64,000 nucleotides of DNA from Chloroflexota bacterium (GTDB lineage: Bacteria > Chloroflexota > UBA11872 > VXNJ01): the NCBI GenBank assembly GCA_965261345.1, contig OZ253449.1:1024001-1088000 (forward strand), written 5' to 3'. The notes below the pieces were generated by a model. It made no database searches and had not been told where the DNA came from. It saw only the letters and a program-made list of their open reading frames with translations. The position numbers were made by a program, and so were the translations under genes. Of the stretch, positions 1-10,585 are shown in pieces; the stretch's first letter is position 1; each line of letters opens with the position of its first letter.

Positions 1-443
1 ATCAGGTAGGTAATCACCAACAGGGTGATCATCTGCCCCAATCCGATATAGCGGATCAACGGTCGGCGGATCCTGGAAAGCAATTCAGCGTCGGGCACCG
101 GTTGCCGGGCGAGTGCCTCACCGATGGATCGAAAGTGCGGGTATACGACGAATGCGTTCAGCGCGATCAGGACGATGGCGGCGATCAGTGAAAGGTAGAG
201 CCACGCTTCGCTAAAGACCTGCCAGCGCCCAGATTCGGCGGCAGCGTAACCAAAAACGACGGTGAGTATCCCCGACGGGATCGCGACGATTTTCAGGTTG
301 CGTTCAATCGCACCAATAACCGGAGCCAAGTGACCGCTGTTAACCAGATTTCTAACTAACGGAGCCAGGGCCATCGAGGCCCCCAACCCGGCGAACAGGC
401 TCAGGGCGAAAAGCAGGTGTAGGAAGCGCATCGATTCGAGCAC
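1..443 (-). CDS. Integral membrane protein, DUF2269-like (runs off window start)
   Basis: Manual translation: (V)LESMRFLHLLFALSLFAGLGAS...AIPSGILTVVFGY...FSEAWLYLSLIAAIV, with several TM helices. Start may be 443 (GTG) or 431 (ATG). Confidence 0.55.
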   Translation of the reverse strand, partial: MLESMRFLHLLFALSLFAGLGASMALAPLVRNLVNSGHLAPVIGAIERNLKIVAIPSGILTVVFGYAAAESGRWQVFSEAWLYLSLIAAIVLIALNAFVVYPHFRSIGEALARQPVPDAELLSRIRRPLIRYIGLGQMITLLVITYL

Positions 444-538
444 GGCAGTGAGCCTCTCATTGAGCACCGAGGCGAAATTGCGTCAAACACCCGGATAGAC
501 TATTTTCCGTCGCTGCTCCGTGGATATGTGAGGGATAG

Positions 539-1405
539 TTGGGAATGTTGACGGCAGGTGAAATAGAACGGTACCGCGAACGTGGATTCATTTCGGTCTC
601 CAACGTACTCGCCCCGGCGACCATAAGCGAATTGCTCGCCGAGGTCGACCGGTTTATTGAAAAATCGCGTGAGATAACTGAAAACGATTCGGTCTTTGAC
701 CTCGAACCGACCCACAGCCGCGAGGTTCCAAGGCTGCGTCGGCTCAAGACCCCGATCCAGGTATCGCCGGTATTTGACCGGGTGATGCGCTCTAACGAAC
801 TGCTCGACCTGGTCGAACCGCTCTTGGGCAACCGGGGAATCCGTTACCGCAATGACAAACTCAATCTCAAGATCGCCGAGGTTGGAAGCCCGGTCGAATG
901 GCATCAAGACTATGCGTTCTACCCTCATTCCAATGACGATGTGCTCGCGATCGGGGTGTGTCTTGACGACTGCACCCTGGAGAACGGGTGCCTGCAGTGC
1001 ATCCCCGGCACCCATCGCCTGCCGGTGCTCGACCACCACAGCGATGGCGCCTTTGCCGGAGCGGTGAGCCCCACGGACGCCAATCTCGATCTCTCGCAGG
1101 CCGAACCGCTGGTCCTGAGCGCAGGCAGCATTTCGATTCACCACGCCCGCACCCTGCACGGGTCCGAGCCCAACACGTCGAATATGCCGCGCCGCTTGTG
1201 GCTGATCGAACTGACCGCGGCTGACGCCTGGCCGCTGATGGGCATGCCCGATATCGAAAAATACAAGACTTGGCTACTGCGTGGGCAAGAGCCCGAACAG
1301 ATGCGCTGCTCAGATCATCCGGTACGCATTCCGCTGCCGCAGCCGGCCACTGTGGGCTCGATCTATGAAGTACAGCGGCAGGCCCGCGAAACGATTTATC
1401 GCTGA
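539..1405 (+). CDS. Phytanoyl-CoA dioxygenase (PhyH) family Fe(II)/2OG dioxygenase
   Basis: WHQD (HxD) and distal H in TLHGSEPN; NGCLQCIPGTH motif. Confidence 0.9.
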   Translation: MGMLTAGEIERYRERGFISVSNVLAPATISELLAEVDRFIEKSREITENDSVFDLEPTHSREVPRLRRLKTPIQVSPVFDRVMRSNELLDLVEPLLGNRGIRYRNDKLNLKIAEVGSPVEWHQDYAFYPHSNDDVLAIGVCLDDCTLENGCLQCIPGTHRLPVLDHHSDGAFAGAVSPTDANLDLSQAEPLVLSAGSISIHHARTLHGSEPNTSNMPRRLWLIELTAADAWPLMGMPDIEKYKTWLLRGQEPEQMRCSDHPVRIPLPQPATVGSIYEVQRQARETIYR

Positions 1406-1435
1406 ACCGCTTGCCGCCCAGCTTGCAACCGGCCG

Positions 1436-2248
1436 GTGATGCCTAATCCCGGACGCGAGGGGTTCATCCGCAAAACGGAGGCCGAACTGGCATCCTTGCG
1501 GAGTTCCGGAAAAATCCTATCCAGCGCCCTTGAGGCCGTCCAAGCGGCGATCGCGCCGGGGGTAACCGGCTGTGACCTGAACGCATTGGTCACTGGAGTG
1601 ATCACCGCCGCTGGGGCTACGCCGAGCTTTCTGGGCTACGCGCCCTATGAGCAGGACAACCCCTTCCCGGGGGCGATCTGCTACTCAGTCAACGAAGTGG
1701 TCGTACACGGAATTCCCGACGGTCGCGCACTCAAGATCGGCGACATAGTAACGATCGATGTCGGAGTCGATTACCAGGGAATGAAATCGGACGCGGCCTG
1801 GACCTGGGGAGTGGGAGAAATATCGAGTCAGGCCCGGGCGCTGCTGGCCACCACCCGGGCGGCCCTGGGCGATGCAATCGGCATCTGCCGGGCCGGAACG
1901 CGGGTCGAGCAAATTTCCCGCCGTATAGAAAAGCGCGTAAACCGCGCCGGATTCTCTCCGGTGGCGGCGCTCGGCGGACACGGCGTCGGCCACATGATCT
2001 GGGAACCACCACATATCCCCAACCGCGCCGTCGGGGCTCCGCGCACGCCAATCGTTGCCAACTCCACCTTTTGCATCGAGCCGATCGTCTCGGCCGGTTC
2101 CGACCAGGTCCTTACCGCCGCCGACGGGTGGAGCGTCTACACCAGCGACGGGAGCTTGGCCGCCCATTTCGAACACACGCTCGCCTGGACCAATGGGCAA
2201 CTGGAAGTGCTTACCCGGTTCAATGCCGCCCCGACCTCGGAGGATTGA
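1436..2248 (+). CDS. map: Type I methionine aminopeptidase
   Basis: SVNEVVVHGIP, DIVTIDVG, GHGVG, CIEP and AAHFEHT metal-binding motifs. Confidence 0.92.
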   Translation: MMPNPGREGFIRKTEAELASLRSSGKILSSALEAVQAAIAPGVTGCDLNALVTGVITAAGATPSFLGYAPYEQDNPFPGAICYSVNEVVVHGIPDGRALKIGDIVTIDVGVDYQGMKSDAAWTWGVGEISSQARALLATTRAALGDAIGICRAGTRVEQISRRIEKRVNRAGFSPVAALGGHGVGHMIWEPPHIPNRAVGAPRTPIVANSTFCIEPIVSAGSDQVLTAADGWSVYTSDGSLAAHFEHTLAWTNGQLEVLTRFNAAPTSED

Positions 2249-2251
2249 CTG

Positions 2252-3580
2252 ATGGCGGTAACCGTCGCATTCATTGGGGCGGGCAGCCTGGGCTTTACGC
2301 GACGGCTGATTGCCGACTTGTTGAGCGTGCCCGAACTGGCCGACACACGATTCGTCCTCCACGACATCGATCCGGTCGGGCTATCGATGGTTGCCGAGCT
2401 CTGCCGGCGCGAGATCGAACTCTCGGGCCTCAAAGCCCAGGTGGTTAGCGAGGGCGACCGCCGGGCAGCTCTAAAAGACGCAGATTACGTAGTCAACTGC
2501 GCCCGCATAGGCGGACTCGAGGCTTTTGCCCTCGATATCGAAATTCCGCTCCGCTACGGGGTCGACCAGTGTGTCGGAGATACGATTTGCGCCGGCGGAA
2601 TTATGTACGGGCAGCGCTCGATCCCCAAAATCCTGGATTTTTGCGCCGATATCGCAACCTGCGCCAAGCCGGGAGCGCTCCTGCTCAACTACGCCAATCC
2701 GATGGTCATGAACACTTGGGCAGCGCTCGACTATGGCAATGTCGAAGTCGTCGGGCTCTGCCACGGTGTACAGGGTGGACAACGACTGATTGCGCGCGCC
2801 CTGGGGGCCGAACGCAAGGATGATGTCGAAATCATCTGCGCCGGAATCAATCATCAGACCTGGTATCTGAGCATCATCTGGCAGGGACGGCAAATCGCCG
2901 GCGAAGAGCTGTTGGCGGCCATGCGGGTCGATCCCGAGATAGCTCTTCGCGAACCGGTGCGACTCGATGTGCTGGAGCGTTTCGGCTATTTCTCCACGGA
3001 ATCCAACGGGCATCTCTCGGAGTATTTACCCTGGTACCGCAAACGGCCGGGCGACATGCCCAAATGGATCGGCAGCGATCACTGGATTGACGGCCGGACC
3101 GGAGGCTATCTCGATCACTGCCGCAAACGCAACCAGACATTTGCCGCCGATTACCAGAAACTACTTTCGGATGCGCGACCGATCGATACCCGGGAACGTT
3201 CCGACGAACACGGCTCCTTCATCATCGAGGCGCTGGAGACCGGACGACCCTACCGCGGCCATTTCAACGTGCGCAACGCCGGGACAATCTCCAACCTACC
3301 CCACGATTGCGTCGTCGAGGTCCCAGGCTACGTTGACCGCCACGGGATAGCAATCGGCCAATTGGGCGACCTGCCGTTGGCTTGCGCGGCCACCTGTCAG
3401 GCCTCCATCGACGTGCAGCGGATGGCCAAAGAAGCAGCCGTTACCGGCGACCGCGAGCTGCTGCGGTTGGCGATGCTGCATGACCCGCTGGTAGGCAGCG
3501 TCTGCACGCCAGACCAGGTTTGGGCAATGACCGACGAGTTGCTCACGGCCCAGGCCGCCTGGCTGCCGCAATACGGCTAG
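2252..3580 (+). CDS. melA: NAD-dependent glycoside hydrolase family 4 (alpha-galactosidase MelA-like)
   Basis: FIGAGS, QCVGDT, NYANP, GLCHG, AGINH and TESNGHLSEY motifs. Confidence 0.85.
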   Translation: MAVTVAFIGAGSLGFTRRLIADLLSVPELADTRFVLHDIDPVGLSMVAELCRREIELSGLKAQVVSEGDRRAALKDADYVVNCARIGGLEAFALDIEIPLRYGVDQCVGDTICAGGIMYGQRSIPKILDFCADIATCAKPGALLLNYANPMVMNTWAALDYGNVEVVGLCHGVQGGQRLIARALGAERKDDVEIICAGINHQTWYLSIIWQGRQIAGEELLAAMRVDPEIALREPVRLDVLERFGYFSTESNGHLSEYLPWYRKRPGDMPKWIGSDHWIDGRTGGYLDHCRKRNQTFAADYQKLLSDARPIDTRERSDEHGSFIIEALETGRPYRGHFNVRNAGTISNLPHDCVVEVPGYVDRHGIAIGQLGDLPLACAATCQASIDVQRMAKEAAVTGDRELLRLAMLHDPLVGSVCTPDQVWAMTDELLTAQAAWLPQYG

Positions 3581-3685
3581 CCGCCGCATCGGCGGCGGCA
3601 CCCGGGCACGGGGTTAGCGGCGGGTCAACCCGCCCAACTGGGGTTCGCCGGAGTGCGGCGGTGATATTGCCCGGTCATGACCGCC

Positions 3686-4486
3686 TCAGCACCCCAGGCG
3701 CTCGACCAGGAATTGCCGCGACGAAGCCAAGCAGTCAAAGGGGTCACGCCGACACTGATCCTGCTCGATGATGTAGAACTCGGTCCCGGCGGTTTTGGCC
3801 GCCGCCAAGATCGTCTCCCAATTGAGCAGGCCCTCGCCCACCGGAGCCCAGATCGGACCCGGCCGGCCACCCGGATCCTCGGGCGGAAAGACCTGGGCGT
3901 CCTTGCAGTGCAGGTAGCGGGCGCGCTTGCCCAAACGCTCGATGATCGCCGCCGGATCGGCACCGGTAACCGCGGCCCAATAGACGTCCAGTTCGATGAA
4001 CAAATCGCTGTTGGCGATGAGATAGTCCATGCCGTTGGTTCCGGCAAAGTAGACAAACTCGTGCGAATGATTGTGATAGCACAGATCCAGGCCGGCGGCG
4101 GACAGTTTTTCACGCACGGCCTGCGAATCCTGCAAGTAGCGCCGATAACCATCGAAGTCACGATATTCGTATTCGTCAAAGATGATTGGCGTCGAAACCA
4201 TCTGGCAACCCAGGGTCAGGAGGAAATCAATCTCAGCCTGGGTGTCGTCGCGCAGGCCCCCAAACCGTCGGTGCGCACCAATCGCAGAGAGGCCGTGGTC
4301 ATCGAGCATCGCTCGCGCAACCGCCGGGGTGGTGTCGGCATCGGGTCCCTCAACTGCTGCTACGGCCGAAAACTGGACGTGCTCAAATCCGATTCCGGCC
4401 ACTTTGTGCACGGTCGCGTGCAGGTCGGACTGGTTGGTTGTGTGGTCGGAGACCGTATATAGCTGGGCGGCGATTTTGTTCATCAT
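3686..4486 (-). CDS. Sugar phosphate isomerase/epimerase (xylose isomerase-like TIM barrel)
   Basis: QLYTV, YHNHSHEF, ELDVYW, HCKD, VGEG and IIEQD motifs. Confidence 0.88.
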   Translation of the reverse strand: MMNKIAAQLYTVSDHTTNQSDLHATVHKVAGIGFEHVQFSAVAAVEGPDADTTPAVARAMLDDHGLSAIGAHRRFGGLRDDTQAEIDFLLTLGCQMVSTPIIFDEYEYRDFDGYRRYLQDSQAVREKLSAAGLDLCYHNHSHEFVYFAGTNGMDYLIANSDLFIELDVYWAAVTGADPAAIIERLGKRARYLHCKDAQVFPPEDPGGRPGPIWAPVGEGLLNWETILAAAKTAGTEFYIIEQDQCRRDPFDCLASSRQFLVERLGC

Positions 4487-4566
4487 TTAGTCTCAAAAGC
4501 TCAATATGCGGTAGAAGCCGACGGGTTGCGAGGTGATTGAATGAATTCGTACGGTCGGCAATCGCA

Positions 4567-4983
4567 TCAAACCCACAAGACAACGATCAGCGTAACGGCG
4601 GTCAGGGCAACTAACCAGCGCCCGCAATTGAGGATATATAGACCTACCGGCCGGCGTTCCCAAAGTGCTTCGTCCGACAGGGACGTAACGAATAGTCCGA
4701 CCCAGATTACGAGTAACAATACCAGGCCGTCGACGAAGGATCCGGCCGCGGCGTAACCGGCAATGAGCGCAACCGCAGTGGCCAGCACCAGCGAACCGAC
4801 CAGAGCGCCCAGGTAGCTAACCCACATATTCGGAGCGCTTTCAATCGCTTCACGGGTTAGCCCGGTGTAGCGCATCCACCTATCGCCAAACAAGGCCGGC
4901 ATGTACCAGAGCGCCCCGATGACCATGTTGGCCACAGCGGCGGCTACCACCGCCAGCCAATTTATCGAATTTGCAAGTTCCAT
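4567..4983 (-). CDS. DUF1761 family membrane protein
   Basis: INWLAVVAAAVANMVIGALWY.P.LFG..W signature and 4 TM helices. Confidence 0.8.
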   Translation of the reverse strand: MELANSINWLAVVAAAVANMVIGALWYMPALFGDRWMRYTGLTREAIESAPNMWVSYLGALVGSLVLATAVALIAGYAAAGSFVDGLVLLLVIWVGLFVTSLSDEALWERRPVGLYILNCGRWLVALTAVTLIVVLWV

Positions 4984-5077
4984 CTAGATGCTCCAGCCGC
5001 TTTCGAACTGTGTCTTTGCCGACAAGATTTTCGACCGGCCCCGGTCGGATCAAACCGCAGCCACCGCGATCGGATTG

Positions 5078-6103
5078 TCAATGGTGGTGGTGCGATTCGT
5101 GGTCGCGGTAGTGGGCGGCCAGCAGATCTCCACCCCAGTCGTTGCGGAAATCACGCCAAACCGAGTGGATGTGATTGGAATTGTTCTGGGTGTTGTCGTA
5201 CTCGATGACAAATCCGGGAGATGCGATCGAATAGTAATGCCCAAACCCTTTGCGCTCTGGTCCGGCCCAAGCAAAAGCGGTCCCGGCGAGTTCGTTTCGC
5301 TCGATCCGCCGCCATTGCGTTTGGGCAACCGGATCGCTGGATCGATCCACGTAGTGCTTAGTGAGCCTAGCCAGACGGGCGCGTTGTTCGCCATCGAGTT
5401 GATCGTAGCCGATGCCGTGCGGGGTCATTCCGGGTTTGACCGTACGGTAATTGAGGGTGAGGATGTCGGTCGGCGCCACCGGGTCGACGATCGCTATTTT
5501 TTTCTGGTCGTTGCTAAGCGATCCGAGCAGCGCTCGGGCCAAGTCTTCTTCCAAGTCAAGGATGCGATGGCCGATTTTTGGGCCATGCTTGACCTCGGCT
5601 GGATTCGCGCCCAGAAAAAGCGGAACCGGGGCGATGAAGTCACCATCGATCACATTGACGTTCACGCCGATGTGGTGGCCGCCAATTTTTATTCCCCAGG
5701 GCTGGCGACCGCCGGGTTGACCGAAAACCGAGAAATAATAGTACTCGGCGTTGCGGGCCAAAAACACGCTCGTGTCGAGATGGAGGCCGGCGATTTTTTC
5801 CCACTCTCGCAGGATCGTTTCGTGCTCGATTATTTCGCGAGCTTGCCGCGCCGCCCGAATCGAAAGACTCGCGTCCAGCAGCGCCTTGGCCAGCGCCTGC
5901 TGTTTATTGTCCATTGCGTCCAAGCGCAATCCGGAACGATGGGTGGGAGTGTAGTACCACTCGTAACGCAACCCGTCATCGAAATCATGTTGTGCTAACT
6001 CGAGCTGCTCCTCGGTAAGCGAATCAAGAAATTTCTGGGCTGCCGCGGCGATCCATGTCGCAGCCTCCGGAGTCCGATCGATCGTGCTCGTCTCTATTGC
6101 CAT
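5078..6103 (-). CDS. DUF3500 domain protein
   Basis: W.YTP..R.G, GHH, FLGANP and IEYDNTQNNSNHIHSVWRD..ND.G motifs; GGAGG RBS upstream. Confidence 0.88.
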   Translation of the reverse strand: MAIETSTIDRTPEAATWIAAAAQKFLDSLTEEQLELAQHDFDDGLRYEWYYTPTHRSGLRLDAMDNKQQALAKALLDASLSIRAARQAREIIEHETILREWEKIAGLHLDTSVFLARNAEYYYFSVFGQPGGRQPWGIKIGGHHIGVNVNVIDGDFIAPVPLFLGANPAEVKHGPKIGHRILDLEEDLARALLGSLSNDQKKIAIVDPVAPTDILTLNYRTVKPGMTPHGIGYDQLDGEQRARLARLTKHYVDRSSDPVAQTQWRRIERNELAGTAFAWAGPERKGFGHYYSIASPGFVIEYDNTQNNSNHIHSVWRDFRNDWGGDLLAAHYRDHESHHHH

Positions 6104-6685
6104 ACCCCGCCTCCTTGCCTATGGCTCATGATATTGCGCAATGGCTCGTACGGCGGCGGCGAGGCGCTGACTGGTTTTCGATCGATTGCCGCAGCCGCCG
6201 GTGAGTGGAATTGACCGATCTCGCAACAGGACCACCCAATCGAGAACTTGGCGCTGCAAATCCGGTTGCGGCGATTTTTTCCGTCCGCCAATGCGCTCGG
6301 CCGTCAATCTAGCACCGATTCCATTTCCGGTCCCAAAAACATCCGCGCCAGCACCGCCCTCCCCGGGGTGATGGAAGCGGCGCTCGCCCGTCGATTGCGG
6401 CTATTCCGCCGCTGATGAATTCGTGCCAAGGAACAGGACATTTAGCCAAATCGATCAGGGTCGGAAAGCCGACGTTGGGAGGCGGCAGTCATGCCGGTTG
6501 CAGTCGGCGGCCGCTGCCACCCGAGGGCTTCTGCGAAGAACCGTGCACGTTCGGGGAGCAGCTACTCCGTACAACGCAACGTAACCGGAAATCATGCCGA
6601 TCCTAAAAGGTCGTCGGCGCTTGGGCGCACCCACGCCGACACCGGTCCGTGCCCAGACGCATTGCGTGGGCGCAATTTCGATCGA

Positions 6686-7405
6686 TTAGGCAGCGCCGAG
6701 TTTTCCCAGGAATACCTTGGCGAGGATCCCTGTTGCGCGAACCGATTGCGGCGTGCCGTCGTGAACGACTCGGCCCCGGTCCAAAACGTAGGCGCGATCC
6801 ACTATGTCCAACACCCCTTTTATGTTGTGCTCGACAATCATGATGCTCGTCTGCAGGCGTTCGCGAATCTCGGCCACCTTTTGAAAAACTTCCCTAACGA
6901 CGATGGGGGCCAAACCGAGGGTGGGTTCGTCCAGTAGCAGCATGTCCGGCGCCGCCATCAATCCGCGGCCCAGGGCCAGCATCTGTTGCTGTCCACCCGA
7001 CATTTGACTGGCTAAATCGCCGCGTCTCTGCCCAAGAATCGGGAATAGCCCCATTACCGATTCAAGGCGGCGCTTTTTTTCAGCGCGATCGCCTAAATAT
7101 ATGCAGCCCATTTCCAAGTTCTCGGCAATCGACAAGTGAGTAAAAATCCGCCGCCCCTGCGGTACGAAGGCTATACCATCTTTAACGATCAGATGGGTCG
7201 CTTTCGCCAGCGGTTGGCCGCGCCATCGCACCGTTCCGCCAACTACCGGCGCCATCCCGATAACGGATTTGAGAACGGTCGATTTGCCGGCTCCGTTGGG
7301 CCCCAACACGGCGACAATTTCGCCTTTTCCGGCCCCGATCGATACCTTATCCAAGGCGTTGGTCGCGTGGTAACGGACCGAAACCTGATCTAACTCTAAT
7401 AGCAT
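6686..7405 (-). CDS. livF: Branched-chain amino acid-type ABC transporter ATP-binding protein
   Basis: GPNGAGKST, MSGGQQQMLA and LLLDEP motifs. Confidence 0.9.
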   Translation of the reverse strand: MLLELDQVSVRYHATNALDKVSIGAGKGEIVAVLGPNGAGKSTVLKSVIGMAPVVGGTVRWRGQPLAKATHLIVKDGIAFVPQGRRIFTHLSIAENLEMGCIYLGDRAEKKRRLESVMGLFPILGQRRGDLASQMSGGQQQMLALGRGLMAAPDMLLLDEPTLGLAPIVVREVFQKVAEIRERLQTSIMIVEHNIKGVLDIVDRAYVLDRGRVVHDGTPQSVRATGILAKVFLGKLGAA

Positions 7406-7418
7406 GCCGGCGGTGCCT

Positions 7419-8171
7419 TCAATACCCAAGGTAGGCCTCGATTACGGCCCGACTGTCCAGGACCGGGCCAACTTCGCCGGACGCGAGCAGAGCCCCGCTC
7501 TCGAGAACGATCAATTGGTCGGATAACTCGCGGACGATTTCCATGTTGTGGGATATCAGCACGATCGTGCGGCCCTCGGCGCGCATTTGCTTCAATATCG
7601 ACTTGACCTGCTCCATCATGTGTGGGAAAAGGCCAGCGAACGGTTCATCGAGCAGCACAATTTCGGCGCCCAGCGCCATGACGCGGCCGATTTCTAGGAG
7701 TTTTCGCTGCCCGTAGGAAAGCTCGAGCGCCAACTCGTCACGTTTATCCCATATACCGAGCGTTTCCAGGATGCCCTGACATCTCTCCCGGTGGCGTTTG
7801 CCGGTTCGCTCGAAAAGGGAGTGCGGGAGGCGGCGTTCCGTTAATACAACCAGGATGTTGTCCAAGACGCTGATTTGATCAAACAGGCGAACTTCTTGGA
7901 AGGTACGCGTGAGTCCGCGCTCGACGATCTCGTGAGCATTTACGACCCTGAGCCCGGACCCATCGATGATCACGATCCCGCCATCAAGCGGAAGCACCCC
8001 GCTCAACAGGTTCACCAGGGTGGATTTGCCCGATCCGTTGGGCCCAATAATGCTCGTTGTTCTGGCGCGCTGAATAGACAGGCTCAATTGGTCGATCGCC
8101 GTCAGTGCGCCAAATTTCTTGGTTATGGAATCCGTTTCGAGGGAATTTCCGCCAGATTGAGCCATTCTCAA
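7419..8171 (-). CDS. livG: Branched-chain amino acid-type ABC transporter ATP-binding protein
   Basis: GPNGSGKST, RTFQ, LSYGQRKLLE and VIEAYLG motifs. Confidence 0.9.
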   Translation of the reverse strand: MRMAQSGGNSLETDSITKKFGALTAIDQLSLSIQRARTTSIIGPNGSGKSTLVNLLSGVLPLDGGIVIIDGSGLRVVNAHEIVERGLTRTFQEVRLFDQISVLDNILVVLTERRLPHSLFERTGKRHRERCQGILETLGIWDKRDELALELSYGQRKLLEIGRVMALGAEIVLLDEPFAGLFPHMMEQVKSILKQMRAEGRTIVLISHNMEIVRELSDQLIVLESGALLASGEVGPVLDSRAVIEAYLGY

Positions 8172-9226
8172 AGCCGATACCTACCCACCAGCCCCTGCGG
8201 CCGATAAAGCATCAGCAACACCAGCAGAATTCCCAGCACGACTTGCCGGCCCTGGCCGACGTATTCAGTTGGCAGGAAGGGCAGGAATCGCATCCCTTCT
8301 TCCAGCAGCACAAAGACCATGGCACCGAGCAGGCAGCCCCTAATCGACGCCAGCCCGCCCAGGATCACGATCGAGACCAGAAGTATTGATTCGATCAGCA
8401 GGAATGAATTCGGATCGATAAAGCTGGTCCAACTGGCGAATAGGCCGCCCGCCAGTCCCGCCATCATGGCCGAAATTACCCAGATGGCCAGTTTGTAATG
8501 CGTCGCGCGGTACCCAAAAACCGCTATCGCCCGTTCGTCCTCGCGGATTGCCGTAAGTACCCGGCCGAACGACGAAGTCACGATCAGTTGGGCGGCCAGG
8601 ACAACCAATCCGAGGAAAACAAGAATCAGAATCAGGATTTGCAGTTCGCCCTCGATTACCCAATTGCCAATTGCCGGCTTGGCGATTTCGTGGATGCCGA
8701 AGGCCCCACGGGTGAGGCCGCGGGCATTTAGAAACACGTTGAACGCGATGATGGCAAAACCGAACGAAACCAGCACGTAGATGTCATCGCGGAAACGATT
8801 AAATGCCGCCCCGACCACCACAGCAACGATTCCTGCCGCAATCACGCTGATTGGAAGGGCGGCAAAGAACGGCCAGCCGTAGGTGGCGATGGATTCGGTT
8901 CGCAGTTGTTCGTAAGCTGGCTGCGCGGTAAGGATTGCCACCGCATAGGCGCCAATTCCAAAAAAGCCGATGTGGCCCACCGACAAGAGTCCAGTAAACC
9001 CGACCACCAGGTTCAAACTGACGGCCAGGATCGCCCAGATGCCAAAGACGGTTCCCACCGAAATCGCAAATCCGGCGCCCTGCCAGACCATGAAGGTCAG
9101 CGCCCAAACTACCACCAGCAATGTGGCCCAAAGATCTATATTTCCCGATTGCGATCGAATGAAGGCGCGCGGATCGGTGGTCAATTTGGTCCAACTCCGG
9201 ATTGTCCACGACCGCTTCGGCACCAT
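8168..9226 (-). CDS. livM: Branched-chain amino acid ABC permease
   Basis: SLNLVVGFTGLLSVGH, FGRVLTAIREDE and VILGG motifs. Confidence 0.9.
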   Translation of the reverse strand: MVPKRSWTIRSWTKLTTDPRAFIRSQSGNIDLWATLLVVVWALTFMVWQGAGFAISVGTVFGIWAILAVSLNLVVGFTGLLSVGHIGFFGIGAYAVAILTAQPAYEQLRTESIATYGWPFFAALPISVIAAGIVAVVVGAAFNRFRDDIYVLVSFGFAIIAFNVFLNARGLTRGAFGIHEIAKPAIGNWVIEGELQILILILVFLGLVVLAAQLIVTSSFGRVLTAIREDERAIAVFGYRATHYKLAIWVISAMMAGLAGGLFASWTSFIDPNSFLLIESILLVSIVILGGLASIRGCLLGAMVFVLLEEGMRFLPFLPTEYVGQGRQVVLGILLVLLMLYRPQGLVGRYRL

Positions 9227-9229
9227 CGG

Positions 9230-10585
9230 TTACCTCCTGGGCAGCAGGCCGTTGGGCCAGAAAGAGAGGAACATGATCAGCAATCCGAACGAGATCGCGT
9301 CGCGCCACTCACCGCTCAGATCCCAAATGCCGAATTGTTCGACTAAGCCCAATGCGAACCCTCCAACAATTGCGCCGTAGATATTGCCGATGCCCCCGAC
9401 CACCGATGCGATCCAACCTTTGAGGAGGAGGAGGAGGCCCATTTTTGGTTGTATCGCAGTGTCGTGGCCGCTAATCAGGCCGGCCAAAGCGGCGTAGGCG
9501 GCGGCGATAAAAAACACCAGCGCGATGACCACGGTGGTGTTGATTCCCACCACCGTGGCGACCTGTTCATCGTCCCCGATCGCGCGCACGGCCCGACCGA
9601 AGGCGGTTTTTTTAAGCAGCAGCCACATTCCGGCAAACCCGAGCAGGGCAACCACGATTGCAAAGACGTTGAACCCCTTGATGAATGCCCCGCCGAGGGT
9701 CCAGGAGTCGCCGCCAAAGGTTGCCGGCAGGGGGCGCGGGGCGCTCTCGAAGGCGATCGAGATGAGGGCGGTTACAGCCAGCAGAACGCCCAGTGATGCG
9801 ACCAGCATGATCAGCGGTGATTTGGCCCGTTCGCGTATGTAGACGTATAAGCCGCGATAGAGCGCTAGACCCACCGTCGCCGCCAGCAGGCAGGATACGA
9901 CCCAACTCAGGTACAGATTGGCCGCCGGGGTGTTGGCGAAATACACGCCGCAGCCGGCGCCCACGGCCGCCCCCAGCAAAACGCTAACCGGAACCGCCCT
10001 GGCGACGGTCTGCGGCGCGACCTTTCCGATACCCCACCAGACGGCCCGGCCAGCCGCAACTGCCGCAACCGCTCCCAAGATAGGACTGAGCCAGATATTG
10101 AGATCGGTGGGAAAGGACAACACCAGCGCCGTATAGGCCCCGCAAGCGATCGCCAACAGGCCGATAACCAGTCGCACCGTGACCGGTTTGAGGTGCGCTT
10201 CCAATCGGGGGGCCAGCACCAGATGCAGGGCCCAGGCCGCAACTCCGGCGACGGCGGCGGCCAAGGCGATATTGATGACCACGTTGTTGACGTCGTAGCG
10301 GGAGTACAAGGCATCTGAGGACCGGAGGTAGAAGACGCCGTAAGCACCGATCGTGGCGGCCGCACCGTAATAGAGATCAAAGAACCAGACGGTGCTATAC
10401 GCAAACGTGAACCCCATCGCCAGCAGCGCGTAGATCGCCCCCACCGCGAGGCCGTTGAACGTGAACTGCAACGCCTGCACCGGCGATTGGCCGATCTTCC
10501 AGGCAATGTAGGCGAGCACCAGCAGGCCAAAGCCGATCGCCAGGAACCTGCCGTGGCTAGGCAGGGTCCTGGTCAGAAACGTCAA
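9230..10585 (-). CDS. livH: Branched-chain amino acid ABC permease, unusually long
   Basis: NGLAVGAIYALLAMGF, FGRAVRA and VVGGIGN motifs. Start placed at TTG 10585 because the ORF-track start (10630) lies inside the IS end. Confidence 0.82.
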   Translation of the reverse strand: MTFLTRTLPSHGRFLAIGFGLLVLAYIAWKIGQSPVQALQFTFNGLAVGAIYALLAMGFTFAYSTVWFFDLYYGAAATIGAYGVFYLRSSDALYSRYDVNNVVINIALAAAVAGVAAWALHLVLAPRLEAHLKPVTVRLVIGLLAIACGAYTALVLSFPTDLNIWLSPILGAVAAVAAGRAVWWGIGKVAPQTVARAVPVSVLLGAAVGAGCGVYFANTPAANLYLSWVVSCLLAATVGLALYRGLYVYIRERAKSPLIMLVASLGVLLAVTALISIAFESAPRPLPATFGGDSWTLGGAFIKGFNVFAIVVALLGFAGMWLLLKKTAFGRAVRAIGDDEQVATVVGINTTVVIALVFFIAAAYAALAGLISGHDTAIQPKMGLLLLLKGWIASVVGGIGNIYGAIVGGFALGLVEQFGIWDLSGEWRDAISFGLLIMFLSFWPNGLLPRR

